Assembly (NCBI GenBank): GCA_023257145.1
Contig: JALRDA010000131.1
Coordinates: forward strand, 4,451-68,450
DNA: 64,000 nt
Reading direction: 5' to 3'
Source: Candidatus Saccharimonadia bacterium
Lineage (GTDB): Bacteria; Patescibacteriota; Saccharimonadia; Saccharimonadales; Saccharimonadaceae
This document shows, one piece after another, positions 9,372-18,266 of the stretch. Position 1 is the stretch's first letter; each line of letters opens with the position of its first letter. Made by a program: the position numbers and the translations under genes. The notes below the pieces were generated by a model. The model did no database searches, was not told the origin of the DNA, and saw only the letters and a list, made by a program, of their open reading frames with translations.

Positions 9372-10211
9372 TTAGTTTTTTGATTGATCGTTCATTGACT
9401 CTCGAAAAGCTGCTAACTGACGAAATGCTAATGATGTCGCACTTTCAAACAACTTCTTCTTTATCTTTTTAGAGGTTTCAGTAGCCTGGGTGTGCATCTC
9501 CCACGCTTCGTCCTCTGCTTCTGCCTGCTCGGTTTTACTCTTAGCATTTAAGAGGGTACTAAATCCGATGCCTATGACTGCTAGGCCTGTATGCTCGGTA
9601 TTTGAAGTTCTTAGAATGTCACTGCCATACGCGGTGCTTACACGGTCTCCTAATTGGCTAATCAGCCACTGAAAATTATCGTCGGTAGTACCTTCGTTTA
9701 TCTGATTTGTAAGTGCATTTAATACTTCTTGTGAGGTAGAACTGCGTGCTTCTATTGAGCTCATTATTTTCGCAGTGCGCTGGTTGTTTGCGGTGTAAAG
9801 TGTATGGTTTTGTATGCTACCATCACGGAGATTCATGTCTGGTGGGCGGAAAAATGATGGAATCGTTACATCTCTTTGGTCGCCAGCGATGAACACTCGC
9901 GCTATAGTTGGCAGGGTTGCTGGGTCCGGGATTAACGTTTTTTGCTTGAGGCCTAATGCAATAATTTTTATCAATCTACCTTCGCTATCAACGACTGAGC
10001 AATTGAAATCAGACTGCTCTTTATTAAATCCATCAATTGACCATTCTTGATCTAATTGTTGATCAAGTGCATGGAGCGTGGATATGTCGATTGTCTCGTT
10101 GCTAATTATATTCGTGGCTACTTCTTTTATTTGAGAACTATACTCAAGACGTGCTTGCTCGGCATTCTCAAAGCGACTTTTAGATGTGCTGTTTATGTTT
10201 AGTTCTGACAT
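9372..10211 (-). CDS. Hypothetical 279-aa protein in an AT-rich segment
   Basis: Long ORF with no recognisable motif. Three 60-nt lines I counted inside it give 67/180 = 37% G+C. Confidence 0.45.
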   Translation of the reverse strand: MSELNINSTSKSRFENAEQARLEYSSQIKEVATNIISNETIDISTLHALDQQLDQEWSIDGFNKEQSDFNCSVVDSEGRLIKIIALGLKQKTLIPDPATLPTIARVFIAGDQRDVTIPSFFRPPDMNLRDGSIQNHTLYTANNQRTAKIMSSIEARSSTSQEVLNALTNQINEGTTDDNFQWLISQLGDRVSTAYGSDILRTSNTEHTGLAVIGIGFSTLLNAKSKTEQAEAEDEAWEMHTQATETSKKIKKKLFESATSLAFRQLAAFRESMNDQSKN

Positions 10212-10399
10212 GAAAAAATATTAACATTTTATTAACAAAAAGTCAATATTTGGTTTATGTAAACTTTATAATAGGAGACTAGTTTATATTTAGGTGTAGG
10301 TAAAGTGAGTGCTCTGATTGGAAACTGTCGAAGGTACTTGCTTCATCTTGAAGTGGCTTAGTGTGTGCGTTACAATAAGCACAAGAAATAAGGTGGGAA

Positions 10400-10912
10400 A
10401 TGAAATATAAACAAAATCTAGGTTTCACGATTGTCGAGCTGCTGATCGTTATCGTCGTCATCGGTATTTTAGCGGCAATCACGATTGTTGCATACAATGG
10501 GGTTCAAAACCGAGCTAATGATACGGCAGTCCAGGCGGATTTGCGTAATATCGGCGGTAAGATTAATGAATTTAAGGCAATAAATGATAAGTTACCAGTT
10601 CCGGCATCAGATCTAGCTGGTATGAATCTCAAAGTGTCAAGGAACGCCTATGGCGCTCATTACACACCCGCCGCCGGTAACGAAAATAATCTTATTTACT
10701 GCTACACCTCGCTGACAAACTCGAATGCTACATTTATTCTCGTTGCCGCAGCTAAGTCTGGTAATGTCTACGTTTATAAAGATGGTGGAGTTAAGGTAGG
10801 TGTCGGTCCGCTAGTGACATTTACAAATACGTGTACAAATAATGACCCTGCAATGGTCACTGGCTCATGGTTCTACGCGGGCGGCGCCTGGCAATCATAT
10901 GTCGCTCCGTAG
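10400..10912 (+). CDS. Type IV pilin-like protein with a prepilin N-terminal cleavage/methylation domain
   Basis: The N-terminus MKYKQNLG/FTIVELLIVIVVIGILAAI is a class III signal with the conserved Glu at +5. Confidence 0.85.
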   Translation: MKYKQNLGFTIVELLIVIVVIGILAAITIVAYNGVQNRANDTAVQADLRNIGGKINEFKAINDKLPVPASDLAGMNLKVSRNAYGAHYTPAAGNENNLIYCYTSLTNSNATFILVAAAKSGNVYVYKDGGVKVGVGPLVTFTNTCTNNDPAMVTGSWFYAGGAWQSYVAP

Positions 10913-10950
10913 TTGCGCGATAATTGCATCTCTGTTACAATAGTGTCCAT

Positions 10951-11166
10951 ATGGTACAAGTAACACGTAAAGACGAACGAGAAGCAAACGAGAATATTAT
11001 TCGTCGTTTCAACCGCAAGGTTTTGCAGAGCGGTGTTTTGGCAGAGGCTAAGGCTTCTATGCGATTCGCTAAACCTCTTAGCAAAACTGAGCGCCGCGCG
11101 AAAGCGATTATTCGCAAAGAGCGCAAAGCCGACAAACTAGCTAAAGCCCGATTGGGTCTTCGCTAA
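10951..11166 (+). CDS. rpsU: 30S ribosomal protein S21
   Basis: The sequence MVQVTRKDEREANENIIRRFNRKV...KTERRAKA..K is typical of S21. The start is taken at ATG 10951 rather than the TTG at 10924. Confidence 0.88.
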   Translation: MVQVTRKDEREANENIIRRFNRKVLQSGVLAEAKASMRFAKPLSKTERRAKAIIRKERKADKLAKARLGLR

Positions 11167-11169
11167 ATA

Positions 11170-11622
11170 ATGGCGCTAAAACAGCGCATTACTGACGATA
11201 TTAAAGCCGCTCTTTTGGGCGGCGATCGTTTTGTAGGCGAAACACTGAAAAATCTCAAAGCAGCAATCTTGAATGAAGAAGTTGCGCAGAATAAACGCGA
11301 CGAAGGTTTAGATGATGCGACGATTGAGCAGATTATTGCTCGTGAAGTAAAGAAGCGAAGTGAAAGCGTTAAGATGTACGAACAGGGCGGTCGCGCTGAT
11401 CTTGCAGAAAATGAACAAAAAGAAATTGATGTTATCAAAGTCTATCTACCAGAGCAATTAGGTGAAGATCAGATTCAAGTAATCGTTGATGCGGCAATTC
11501 AACAGCTTGGCGCAAGCGGCATGAGTGACATGGGTAAGGTAATTGGCGTCGTGAAGGCAAAAGTTGGCAATACTGCCGACGGTGCTTTAGTGGCAAAGAT
11601 CGTTAAAGAAGCCCTCAATTAA
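11170..11622 (+). CDS. GatB/YqeY domain protein
   Basis: The sequence MALKQRITDDIKAALLGGD....TLKNLKAAI.NEEV...R..LDD..I..II.REVKKR.ES is typical of this family. Confidence 0.85.
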   Translation: MALKQRITDDIKAALLGGDRFVGETLKNLKAAILNEEVAQNKRDEGLDDATIEQIIAREVKKRSESVKMYEQGGRADLAENEQKEIDVIKVYLPEQLGEDQIQVIVDAAIQQLGASGMSDMGKVIGVVKAKVGNTADGALVAKIVKEALN

Positions 11623-11646
11623 ACAAAAAAGGAGCGTAACAAAGTA

Positions 11647-12192
11647 ATGATAGTATTTTTTGGTCCGGCTGGCGCTGGAAAGAGTGTTCAGGGGCAAATG
11701 CTGGCTGCGCGACACGGTTGGCGTTGGCTTAGTGCCGGGCAACTGCTGCGCGACACGCACGATATCGAATTGATCAAAGAAATGCAGACCGGTGCGCTGG
11801 TTAATCCTGAAAAGGTCAACAAATTAATGGGCGACGCACTTAAGCGTGCAACGAACATTGACCGTGTTATTCTTGATGGGTTTCCTCGACAATTAGAGCA
11901 AGCAAAGTGGTTGATCGATTCACAGCCAGATCATGGTCGTTCGATCGCACTTGTTGTTGTGCTTGAAGTGCCGCGTAGTGAATTGATGAAGCGCCTTGAA
12001 GTTCGTGGTCGTGCTGATGATCGTCCTGAAGTGATTGAGGAGCGATTGCGTATTTATCGTCAAGAAATGTACCCAGTGCTTAGCTACTTTACTGAGCAGC
12101 ACATCAGCATTGTTCATATCGACGGGACCGGATCTGTCGGACAGGTTCACGATAAAATTATGGAAGAATTAGAAGCGTGCAAACTGGTCTAA
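11647..12192 (+). CDS. adk: Adenylate kinase (short form)
   Basis: P-loop GPAGAGKS, ILDGFPR and RGRADDRPEVIEERL motifs are present. Confidence 0.82.
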   Translation: MIVFFGPAGAGKSVQGQMLAARHGWRWLSAGQLLRDTHDIELIKEMQTGALVNPEKVNKLMGDALKRATNIDRVILDGFPRQLEQAKWLIDSQPDHGRSIALVVVLEVPRSELMKRLEVRGRADDRPEVIEERLRIYRQEMYPVLSYFTEQHISIVHIDGTGSVGQVHDKIMEELEACKLV

Positions 12193-12938
12193 AAACTGAA
12201 GCGCAAATTCAGGCGATGAGAGAGTGTGGGAAGATTCTCGCGACTATTTATGATGATCTAAAAAAGTACGTTCGCGCCGGCATGACCGAGCTTGAAATTG
12301 ACGCGTGGGTGGAAGGTGAGATCAAACGCCACGGCGCAGAGGCGACCTATAAAACATCTGAGGTGAACTTTCCAAACGCTATCTGTATTAGCACAAACGA
12401 TGAAATTGTTCATAGCGTCCCGACAGAATACGTCCTTGAAAAGGGTGATGTGGTGAGTTTTGACTTGGTTATTACCTATAAAGGGATGAAAACTGACAGC
12501 GCCTTTACGATGGTGATCGACGAGCAGCCGACTGGTATCAAAAAACACTTATTGAACGTTACTGAGCGGAGCTTGTATGCTGGCATTGATGCGATTAAAG
12601 GCCCTGTCTATACGGGTGATATTGGTGCAGCGGTTGAAAAGGTGTTGAACGACGGAAAGTTAGGAATTATTCGCGATCTTGTCGGACACGGCGTCGGCTT
12701 AGAGATGCACATGCCGCCAGATGTACCGAACTATGGCCGTAAGGGAACTGGCGTATTGCTTAAACCGGGCGATACAATTGCGATCGAGCCGATGGCGACA
12801 TTGGGCGGTGAAAAAATCGTCACCGATACTGCGGGCGACGGCTGGACAATCAGCACACGCGACGGTAGTTTAGCGGCGCATTTTGAACATACGGTATTAA
12901 TTACTAAAGATGGAGCAGAGATTCTGACGAGTCTCTGA
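12177..12938 (+). CDS. map: Type I methionine aminopeptidase
   Basis: Motifs NDEIVHSVP, D.V..YKG...D.A.T, GHGVGLEMH, EPM and FEHTVLIT are present. A GTG start overlaps the end of adk. Confidence 0.9.
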   Translation: MQTGLKTEAQIQAMRECGKILATIYDDLKKYVRAGMTELEIDAWVEGEIKRHGAEATYKTSEVNFPNAICISTNDEIVHSVPTEYVLEKGDVVSFDLVITYKGMKTDSAFTMVIDEQPTGIKKHLLNVTERSLYAGIDAIKGPVYTGDIGAAVEKVLNDGKLGIIRDLVGHGVGLEMHMPPDVPNYGRKGTGVLLKPGDTIAIEPMATLGGEKIVTDTAGDGWTISTRDGSLAAHFEHTVLITKDGAEILTSL

Positions 12939-12946
12939 ATATAAAA

Positions 12947-13438
12947 ATGTGGACATTGATGATTATTGCGCATGCCTTAACGGCATCACTAAGTTTGCTG
13001 TTAGGTGCGTTTCAGTTATTGCGACCTAAAAAAGGTGACCGCTTTCATAGAATGGTCGGACGTACTTGGGTGGTGTGTATGTATGTTGTCTGCCTGAGTT
13101 CATTTTATGTTCAGGAGGTGACCGAAGGATTCAGTTGGCTGCACGGGCTGTCGTTATTTACTATTATGACCGTTTCGTTAGGGTTATATGCGGCAATCAA
13201 GGGTAATATTGCTGCACACAAAGCGAATATGATCGGTAGTTATTTCGGATCAGTTGCTGCATTCGTAGGAGTTATCGCTGTTCCTAGTCGGCGCATCCCG
13301 CAACTTGCCATGAATGAGACGCCACTATTTTTCTTGTTTATCGGTCTGATCGTCGCCAGCGCAACACTTTTTATCTGCGGGCTTTATTTCTTTGCTAAAT
13401 ATCGTACGAAAGTTATCAATGCAAGAAAAGTTGCGTAA
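12947..13438 (+). CDS. Integral membrane protein (about 4 TM helices, DUF2306-like)
   Basis: Four hydrophobic helices are evident. The family assignment is tentative. Confidence 0.5.
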   Translation: MWTLMIIAHALTASLSLLLGAFQLLRPKKGDRFHRMVGRTWVVCMYVVCLSSFYVQEVTEGFSWLHGLSLFTIMTVSLGLYAAIKGNIAAHKANMIGSYFGSVAAFVGVIAVPSRRIPQLAMNETPLFFLFIGLIVASATLFICGLYFFAKYRTKVINARKVA

Positions 13439-13465
13439 ATCAAAATAGTCGTCTTGATTACCGTA

Positions 13466-14107
13466 TCACTGTTCGAGTAAGACACGGACTCGTCGTCCGA
13501 TTGCCTCGGATGGTTCAATGACTACTGCGCGCCCGTTTGCGTATTCGATGATCGTATCTTTTATCCAATGATAGTGTGTGCAGCCCAAAACAATGACATC
13601 CGCACCATCCTCGCAGACTTTTTGAATAGTCGCTTTAATAATCTGATGATTGATATCATTATTTTCGATCATGTTCGCCCAAGTGCTGCAGTCGGGCTCA
13701 ATAATTTTAAGCGAGCTACCATATTTATCAATGAGACCATGGTATCTTTCGCTACGTAGCGTCGCGGGGGTTGCGCAGACAGCAATCGTTCTTGCTGCTG
13801 TTAGCGAGGCAGCGGTTTTAATCATCGGTTCGATACCGATGAACTTCTGATAGGGATAACGCGCACGCAGGCTTTCTATCGCCAGGGCCGTGGCGGTGTT
13901 GCAGGCGAGGATAATAACATCCGAGTCAATCAGAAGTGGCTGGATTGCAGCATCCGTTAAGCTGATGACTTCTTCTTTTGACTTGTTGCCATATGGGACG
14001 TTGGCGCGATCGTTGACTGTGACGATCGATGCATCAGGAAAGGTGGTATATAGCGCTGCGGCAACTGCCTCGCCACCGATTCCGCTATCGAATACGCCAA
14101 GTTTCAT
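13466..14107 (-). CDS. murI: Glutamate racemase (short, 213 aa)
   Basis: Motifs FDSGIGG, LACNTATA and LGCTHY are present. Confidence 0.8.
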   Translation of the reverse strand: MKLGVFDSGIGGEAVAAALYTTFPDASIVTVNDRANVPYGNKSKEEVISLTDAAIQPLLIDSDVIILACNTATALAIESLRARYPYQKFIGIEPMIKTAASLTAARTIAVCATPATLRSERYHGLIDKYGSSLKIIEPDCSTWANMIENNDINHQIIKATIQKVCEDGADVIVLGCTHYHWIKDTIIEYANGRAVVIEPSEAIGRRVRVLLEQ

Positions 14108-14170
14108 AAATCAATAATAACCCCATATGACCGCTAGGCAAAACATTCCATAAGCGGTATACTAAAACAC

Positions 14171-15415
14171 ATGCAAGAAACTTCTCGATACGCAGTCGGT
14201 ATTGATATCGGTACGACCACTGTTCGCTGTGTGGTTGGACATATTGACGCGACGACTGGCGCACCAACGATTGTTGGCGTCGGCACAGCTCCAAATAGTG
14301 GAATGCGAAAGGGCGCGGTCGCGCATCTCGCAGGCCCAGGCCAAGCAATTGATACAGCGTTGGGTGAAGCTGAACGTATGAGTGGGTATCAAGTTGACGC
14401 GGCGTCGATCAGTATTAACGGCGCACATATTCTTAGTACGAAAGCTGACGGCATGATTGCTGTCGGTGGTGCGGACCATGAAATTACTGAAGAGGATTTG
14501 GCGCGTATCGAAGAAGTGGCAACCCTAGGTAAGGTTCCAGCAAACCGTGAAATTCTAGAGGTAGTACCTCATAGCTATCGTCTCGATGGCCAGGATAATA
14601 TTAAAGATCCAATTGGTATGACGGGAACTCGCTTAGAGATTAATGCGAATGTAGTGTCTGCATTAGCGCCTCATCTAGCCAATCTGCAGAAGTCAGCTGA
14701 AATGGCAAAAGTAACACCGCACACTATCACGCCTGCGGTACTTGCCGCTGCCCGCGCCGTGTTAACGGAGCAGCAGCTGGAAAACGGTGTCGCTGTGATT
14801 GATCTGGGTGGCGCGACGACAAGTATCGCCGTTTTTGAAGAAGGTGATCTGCAATATGTCGCCGTGATTCCACTTGGCGGTTCGAACATCTCAAATGATC
14901 TTGCGATTGGCTTAAAGACTGACCCTGAAATTGCCGAGAAGGTAAAACTAAGCCATGCAGTTGCCATTCCTCGTGGATCGAGTGAGGAAATCAACATCAA
15001 GCATGAAAAAGAGACGTATACGTTCACGACTGATGATATTGATGAAATTGTCGAGGCGCGGCTTGAGGAAATTTTTGATGCAATTCAAAAAGAGCTAAAG
15101 AAAGCTGGCCGAGCAGGTCAACTACCTAGCGGTGTTGTATTGACTGGCGGTACCGCTAATCTTAAAGGTATTTCGTCGTACGCAAAAGATAAATTGAACC
15201 TCGCAGCCCGTGTTGGAAAATCAGCGGGTTACGGCGGCGTGGCTGAAAATATTGACCAACCTCAGTTTGCGACTGCAGTAGGATTGATGCTCACTGATGT
15301 TCACGGCGCTAATCATATTTCCAGTCAATCATCGCAGGTGAAAGGCAGCAGTAAAGCTGCTTTAAAGAGCGCTTCGGGCTTTGTGTCTAAGTTTTTAGAC
15401 CGGTTCAAGGTGTAA
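14171..15415 (+). CDS. ftsA: Cell division protein FtsA
   Basis: Actin-fold motifs VGIDIGTTTVRCVVG and DLGGATTSIAVF are present. The gene lies directly upstream of ftsZ. Confidence 0.92.
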   Translation: MQETSRYAVGIDIGTTTVRCVVGHIDATTGAPTIVGVGTAPNSGMRKGAVAHLAGPGQAIDTALGEAERMSGYQVDAASISINGAHILSTKADGMIAVGGADHEITEEDLARIEEVATLGKVPANREILEVVPHSYRLDGQDNIKDPIGMTGTRLEINANVVSALAPHLANLQKSAEMAKVTPHTITPAVLAAARAVLTEQQLENGVAVIDLGGATTSIAVFEEGDLQYVAVIPLGGSNISNDLAIGLKTDPEIAEKVKLSHAVAIPRGSSEEINIKHEKETYTFTTDDIDEIVEARLEEIFDAIQKELKKAGRAGQLPSGVVLTGGTANLKGISSYAKDKLNLAARVGKSAGYGGVAENIDQPQFATAVGLMLTDVHGANHISSQSSQVKGSSKAALKSASGFVSKFLDRFKV

Positions 15416-15479
15416 TTAATTTTTGAATAATAATGGTATACTGTATTAAGAATAGAATATCTGGGGGAGAGTGCATTCC

Positions 15480-16685
15480 ATGCCTGAAGTAAAACCAAGT
15501 GAAATACAAACATTCGCCAGCATCAAAGTAGTTGGTGTCGGTGGCGCTGGTGGCTCAGCTGTCAACCGCATGAAAGACGCAGGATTATCGGGCGTACAAT
15601 TTATTGCGATGAATACCGACGCACAGGCGTTGCACAATTCTAAAGCCGATATTAAAATCCATCTTGGACATGCGACAACAAATGGACTAGGTGCAGGGGC
15701 CGACCCTTCAACTGGTGAAGCAGCAGCGAACGAATCACGTGATGAAATTCGTGCGGCAATTGAAGGTGCTGACATGGTATTTGTTACCATCGGTGCCGGA
15801 GGTGGTACTGGTAGTGGTGCCGGTCACGTTGTCGCTGAAGTTGCGCGCGAGCTAGGAATTTTAGTTGTTGGTGTTGCGACAAAGCCATTTAGCTTTGAAG
15901 GTGACAAGCGCCGCCGTAATGCCGACTGGGCAATTGCACAGCTGGGTCGTTCAGTGGATACATTGATTACGATTCCAAACGATCGTTTGCTTCAAACAAT
16001 TGACCGTCGTACGCCACTACTCGAGACGTTCAAGATTGCAGATGATGTCCTGCGTCAGGGTGTCCAGGGTATCTCAGAATTAATTACCGAACACGGTCTG
16101 ATCAACCTCGACTTTGCCGACGTAAAAGCAATTATGAGCAACGCTGGCTCAGCACTTATGGGAATTGGTCGCGCTAGTGGCGATGACCGCGCAGCGCAAG
16201 CTGCTCAGCAGGCTATCGAATCACCACTAATTGAAGTGTCGATTGATGGGGCAAAGGGTGTACTGTTTAATGTCACTGGTGGCTACGACATGAGTATGAG
16301 CGAAATTCAGGAAGCTGCTGAAATTATCACGAGTTCTGTGTCGCCTGATGCAAATATCATCTTTGGTGCAACCCTCAAGCCAGAACTTGAAGACGAACTA
16401 ATCATTACTGTGATTGCGACTGGCTTTGACAGCGCTTACTTCCATGAACAAGCGGCTCAATTAGAAGTACCAGCAGCATTGAACCAGCGCCGCGAAACGC
16501 CAGTTGTTGACGATGCTGCGGTAGAGGCAATTAACATGGACCTTGATCAGGTTGATGCAGCGGCTAACTTCGCCGATGATACACCGCATAATATTTGGCA
16601 TGATGAGCCAGAAGAGACCGATGAGTCTGATACGCCAGCCTTCCTTCGTCGCCGCAAAAAGAATAAAAACACTGACGAATCTTAA
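15480..16685 (+). CDS. ftsZ: Cell division protein FtsZ
   Basis: Motifs VGVGGAGGSAVNRM and GGGTGSGAG are present, with a C-terminal peptide DTPAFLRRRK. I prefer ATG 15480 (SD gggggaga upstream) over GTG 15471. Confidence 0.95.
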   Translation: MPEVKPSEIQTFASIKVVGVGGAGGSAVNRMKDAGLSGVQFIAMNTDAQALHNSKADIKIHLGHATTNGLGAGADPSTGEAAANESRDEIRAAIEGADMVFVTIGAGGGTGSGAGHVVAEVARELGILVVGVATKPFSFEGDKRRRNADWAIAQLGRSVDTLITIPNDRLLQTIDRRTPLLETFKIADDVLRQGVQGISELITEHGLINLDFADVKAIMSNAGSALMGIGRASGDDRAAQAAQQAIESPLIEVSIDGAKGVLFNVTGGYDMSMSEIQEAAEIITSSVSPDANIIFGATLKPELEDELIITVIATGFDSAYFHEQAAQLEVPAALNQRRETPVVDDAAVEAINMDLDQVDAAANFADDTPHNIWHDEPEETDESDTPAFLRRRKKNKNTDES

Positions 16686-16698
16686 TAAGAGGTAGGAC

Positions 16699-17148
16699 AT
16701 GAGTCATAAGTATAAAATCGGTGACAGCCGCGTTATCGAATCACGCGAATCAGCTGATGGTGTTACAATTCGCCGCCGCCGAGAATCACATGATGGCAAG
16801 CATCGTTTTACGACGTACGAACGCATTGAACGACCTAATCTCGCAGTCGTAAAAAAAGACGGATCGCGTGAGCTATTTGACCGTGACAAGCTCTCGATCG
16901 CGATCAAGCGTTCAGTAGGCAAATTCTTCACAAGTGAAGTCGAAGTCGAAGAGATGATCAATAGTGTTGAAGATGCCCTGTATGAACTCGGCGAAAGCGA
17001 AGTAACCTCCAGTCAGATTGGCGACCTTGTGATGGATGAATTGGCAGTTCGAAACGAAGTCGCCTATGTCCGCTTTGCGAGTGTTTATCACGAGTTTAAG
17101 ACACTCGATGAGTTTGAGGAAATCTTACAACAGCGTCGAAGGAAGTAA
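16699..17148 (+). CDS. nrdR: NrdR-family repressor (ATP-cone) with a degenerate zinc ribbon
   Basis: The sequences ..DSRVIESR...G..IRRRRE....G..RFTTYE, an ATP-cone (VVKKDGSRELFDRDKL) and AYVRFASVY match NrdR. The four usual Cys positions are H, K, S and G. Confidence 0.78.
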   Translation: MSHKYKIGDSRVIESRESADGVTIRRRRESHDGKHRFTTYERIERPNLAVVKKDGSRELFDRDKLSIAIKRSVGKFFTSEVEVEEMINSVEDALYELGESEVTSSQIGDLVMDELAVRNEVAYVRFASVYHEFKTLDEFEEILQQRRRK

Positions 17149-17153
17149 CTCGT

Positions 17154-17411
17154 ATGAAAGCAGTCGTGATCTACAAAGAAGAAAGTGACCATGCCAGAGA
17201 GGTGCTTGATTACCTGCGAGACTTTGCGCGCCAGACCGGCCACGAGTTAGAGACTATCGATCCCGATACGCGCGAAGGTGCGTCATTTTGTCGAACGTAC
17301 GACATTGTCGAATATCCAAGCATCGCTGCATTAAGTGATGACGGTATGCTGCAGAATTTATGGCGGGGTCGACCATTACCAACCATTAGTGAGGTGAGTT
17401 ATTATGTCTAA
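17154..17411 (+). CDS. Small thioredoxin-fold-like protein without a CXXC motif
   Basis: An 85-aa ORF that overlaps the VKOR start by 8 nt. The beta-alpha-beta start MKAVVIYKEESDHAREV and ..YPSI.. suggest a Trx-like fold, and it has only one Cys. Confidence 0.4.
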   Translation: MKAVVIYKEESDHAREVLDYLRDFARQTGHELETIDPDTREGASFCRTYDIVEYPSIAALSDDGMLQNLWRGRPLPTISEVSYYV

Positions 17412-18021
17412 AATGAAAGAATTATTTCACAAGCAAAAGAATTACAAAGCATTGTTCGGCACGATGCTTGCTTTTGGTATTATCGGATTGATTGCAAGTT
17501 TTGTTCTTGCTGTCGAAGAATTCCACTTACTGAAAAACCCACAGGCAACCTTAAGCTGCTCGTTTAACTTGGTGCTTAACTGTTCAACTGTTATGCAGAC
17601 ATGGCAGGCAAGCGTCTTCGGTTTTCCTAATATGTTTATCGGTTTAATGGCCTTTCCTGTCGTAATTATTGTTGCAGCGCTTGGACTTGCGCAAGCTAAA
17701 GTGCCTCGATGGTTTTATGTATGGGCAAATATAGGCTATCTCGCGGGTGCGATCTTTGCATATTGGCTATTCTTTAACAGTTTGTACGATATTCAAGTGC
17801 TTTGTCCGTGGTGCCTGGTGGTGACATTCAGCACGACAATTCTACTTGCGACAATTACATCATATAATTTGCGCGAAAACACATTTAATTTTACAAAAAA
17901 AACGGATACAACGATACAAAAGTACCTTTCAAAAGATTTTCATAAGCTGACTGTTGCAAGCTGGATCGTCCTAATGATTATCCTTGTCGTGCTTAAGTTC
18001 GGCGATGCTTTGTTTGCATAA
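17404..18021 (+). CDS. Vitamin K epoxide reductase (VKOR) family membrane protein
   Basis: There are four or more TM helices, a loop Cys pair (LSCSFNLVLNC) and an active-site CPWC within a TM helix. Confidence 0.8.
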   Translation: MSKMKELFHKQKNYKALFGTMLAFGIIGLIASFVLAVEEFHLLKNPQATLSCSFNLVLNCSTVMQTWQASVFGFPNMFIGLMAFPVVIIVAALGLAQAKVPRWFYVWANIGYLAGAIFAYWLFFNSLYDIQVLCPWCLVVTFSTTILLATITSYNLRENTFNFTKKTDTTIQKYLSKDFHKLTVASWIVLMIILVVLKFGDALFA

Positions 18022-18043
18022 ATCAGGGGCGATGTCGTACAAT
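18014..18043 (+). promoter_or_regulatory. Putative sigma-70 promoter of the T-box leader
   Basis: TTGCAT (18014-18019), an 18-nt spacer, then TACAAT (18038-18043). Confidence 0.45.
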
Positions 18044-18051
18044 TTAATATA

Positions 18052-18250
18052 GTGACACTTCCGATTTCGGATTGAGCGGCTATCACCCGCGAACGTTACT
18101 TGAGAAGAAAAGCTATTTGCTGATTAGACCTCAACGTGTGCGCGACGTTACAGCGAACAACTAAGCGCTAAAAAGAATCTCTTTTTAGAAACTGGATGGT
18201 ACCGTCCGCATGATGCGGATTCCAGTGACTAAATAGGGATTTTTTGTTTT
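18052..18250 (+). promoter_or_regulatory. T-box leader (tRNA-Ile specifier) upstream of nudix-ileS
   Basis: The T-box core aaACTGGATGGTACCGTCC lies at 18189-18207. It has antiterminator architecture: helix actgga/tccagt (18191-96 / 18221-26), a 5' bulge UGGUACC and an inner hairpin tccgca-tga-tgcgga. The hairpin gcgg-CUAUCAC-ccgc (18076-18090) displays AUC (18082-84) followed by A. Confidence 0.6.
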
Positions 18251-18266
18251 TAACGAAAGGAATAAT

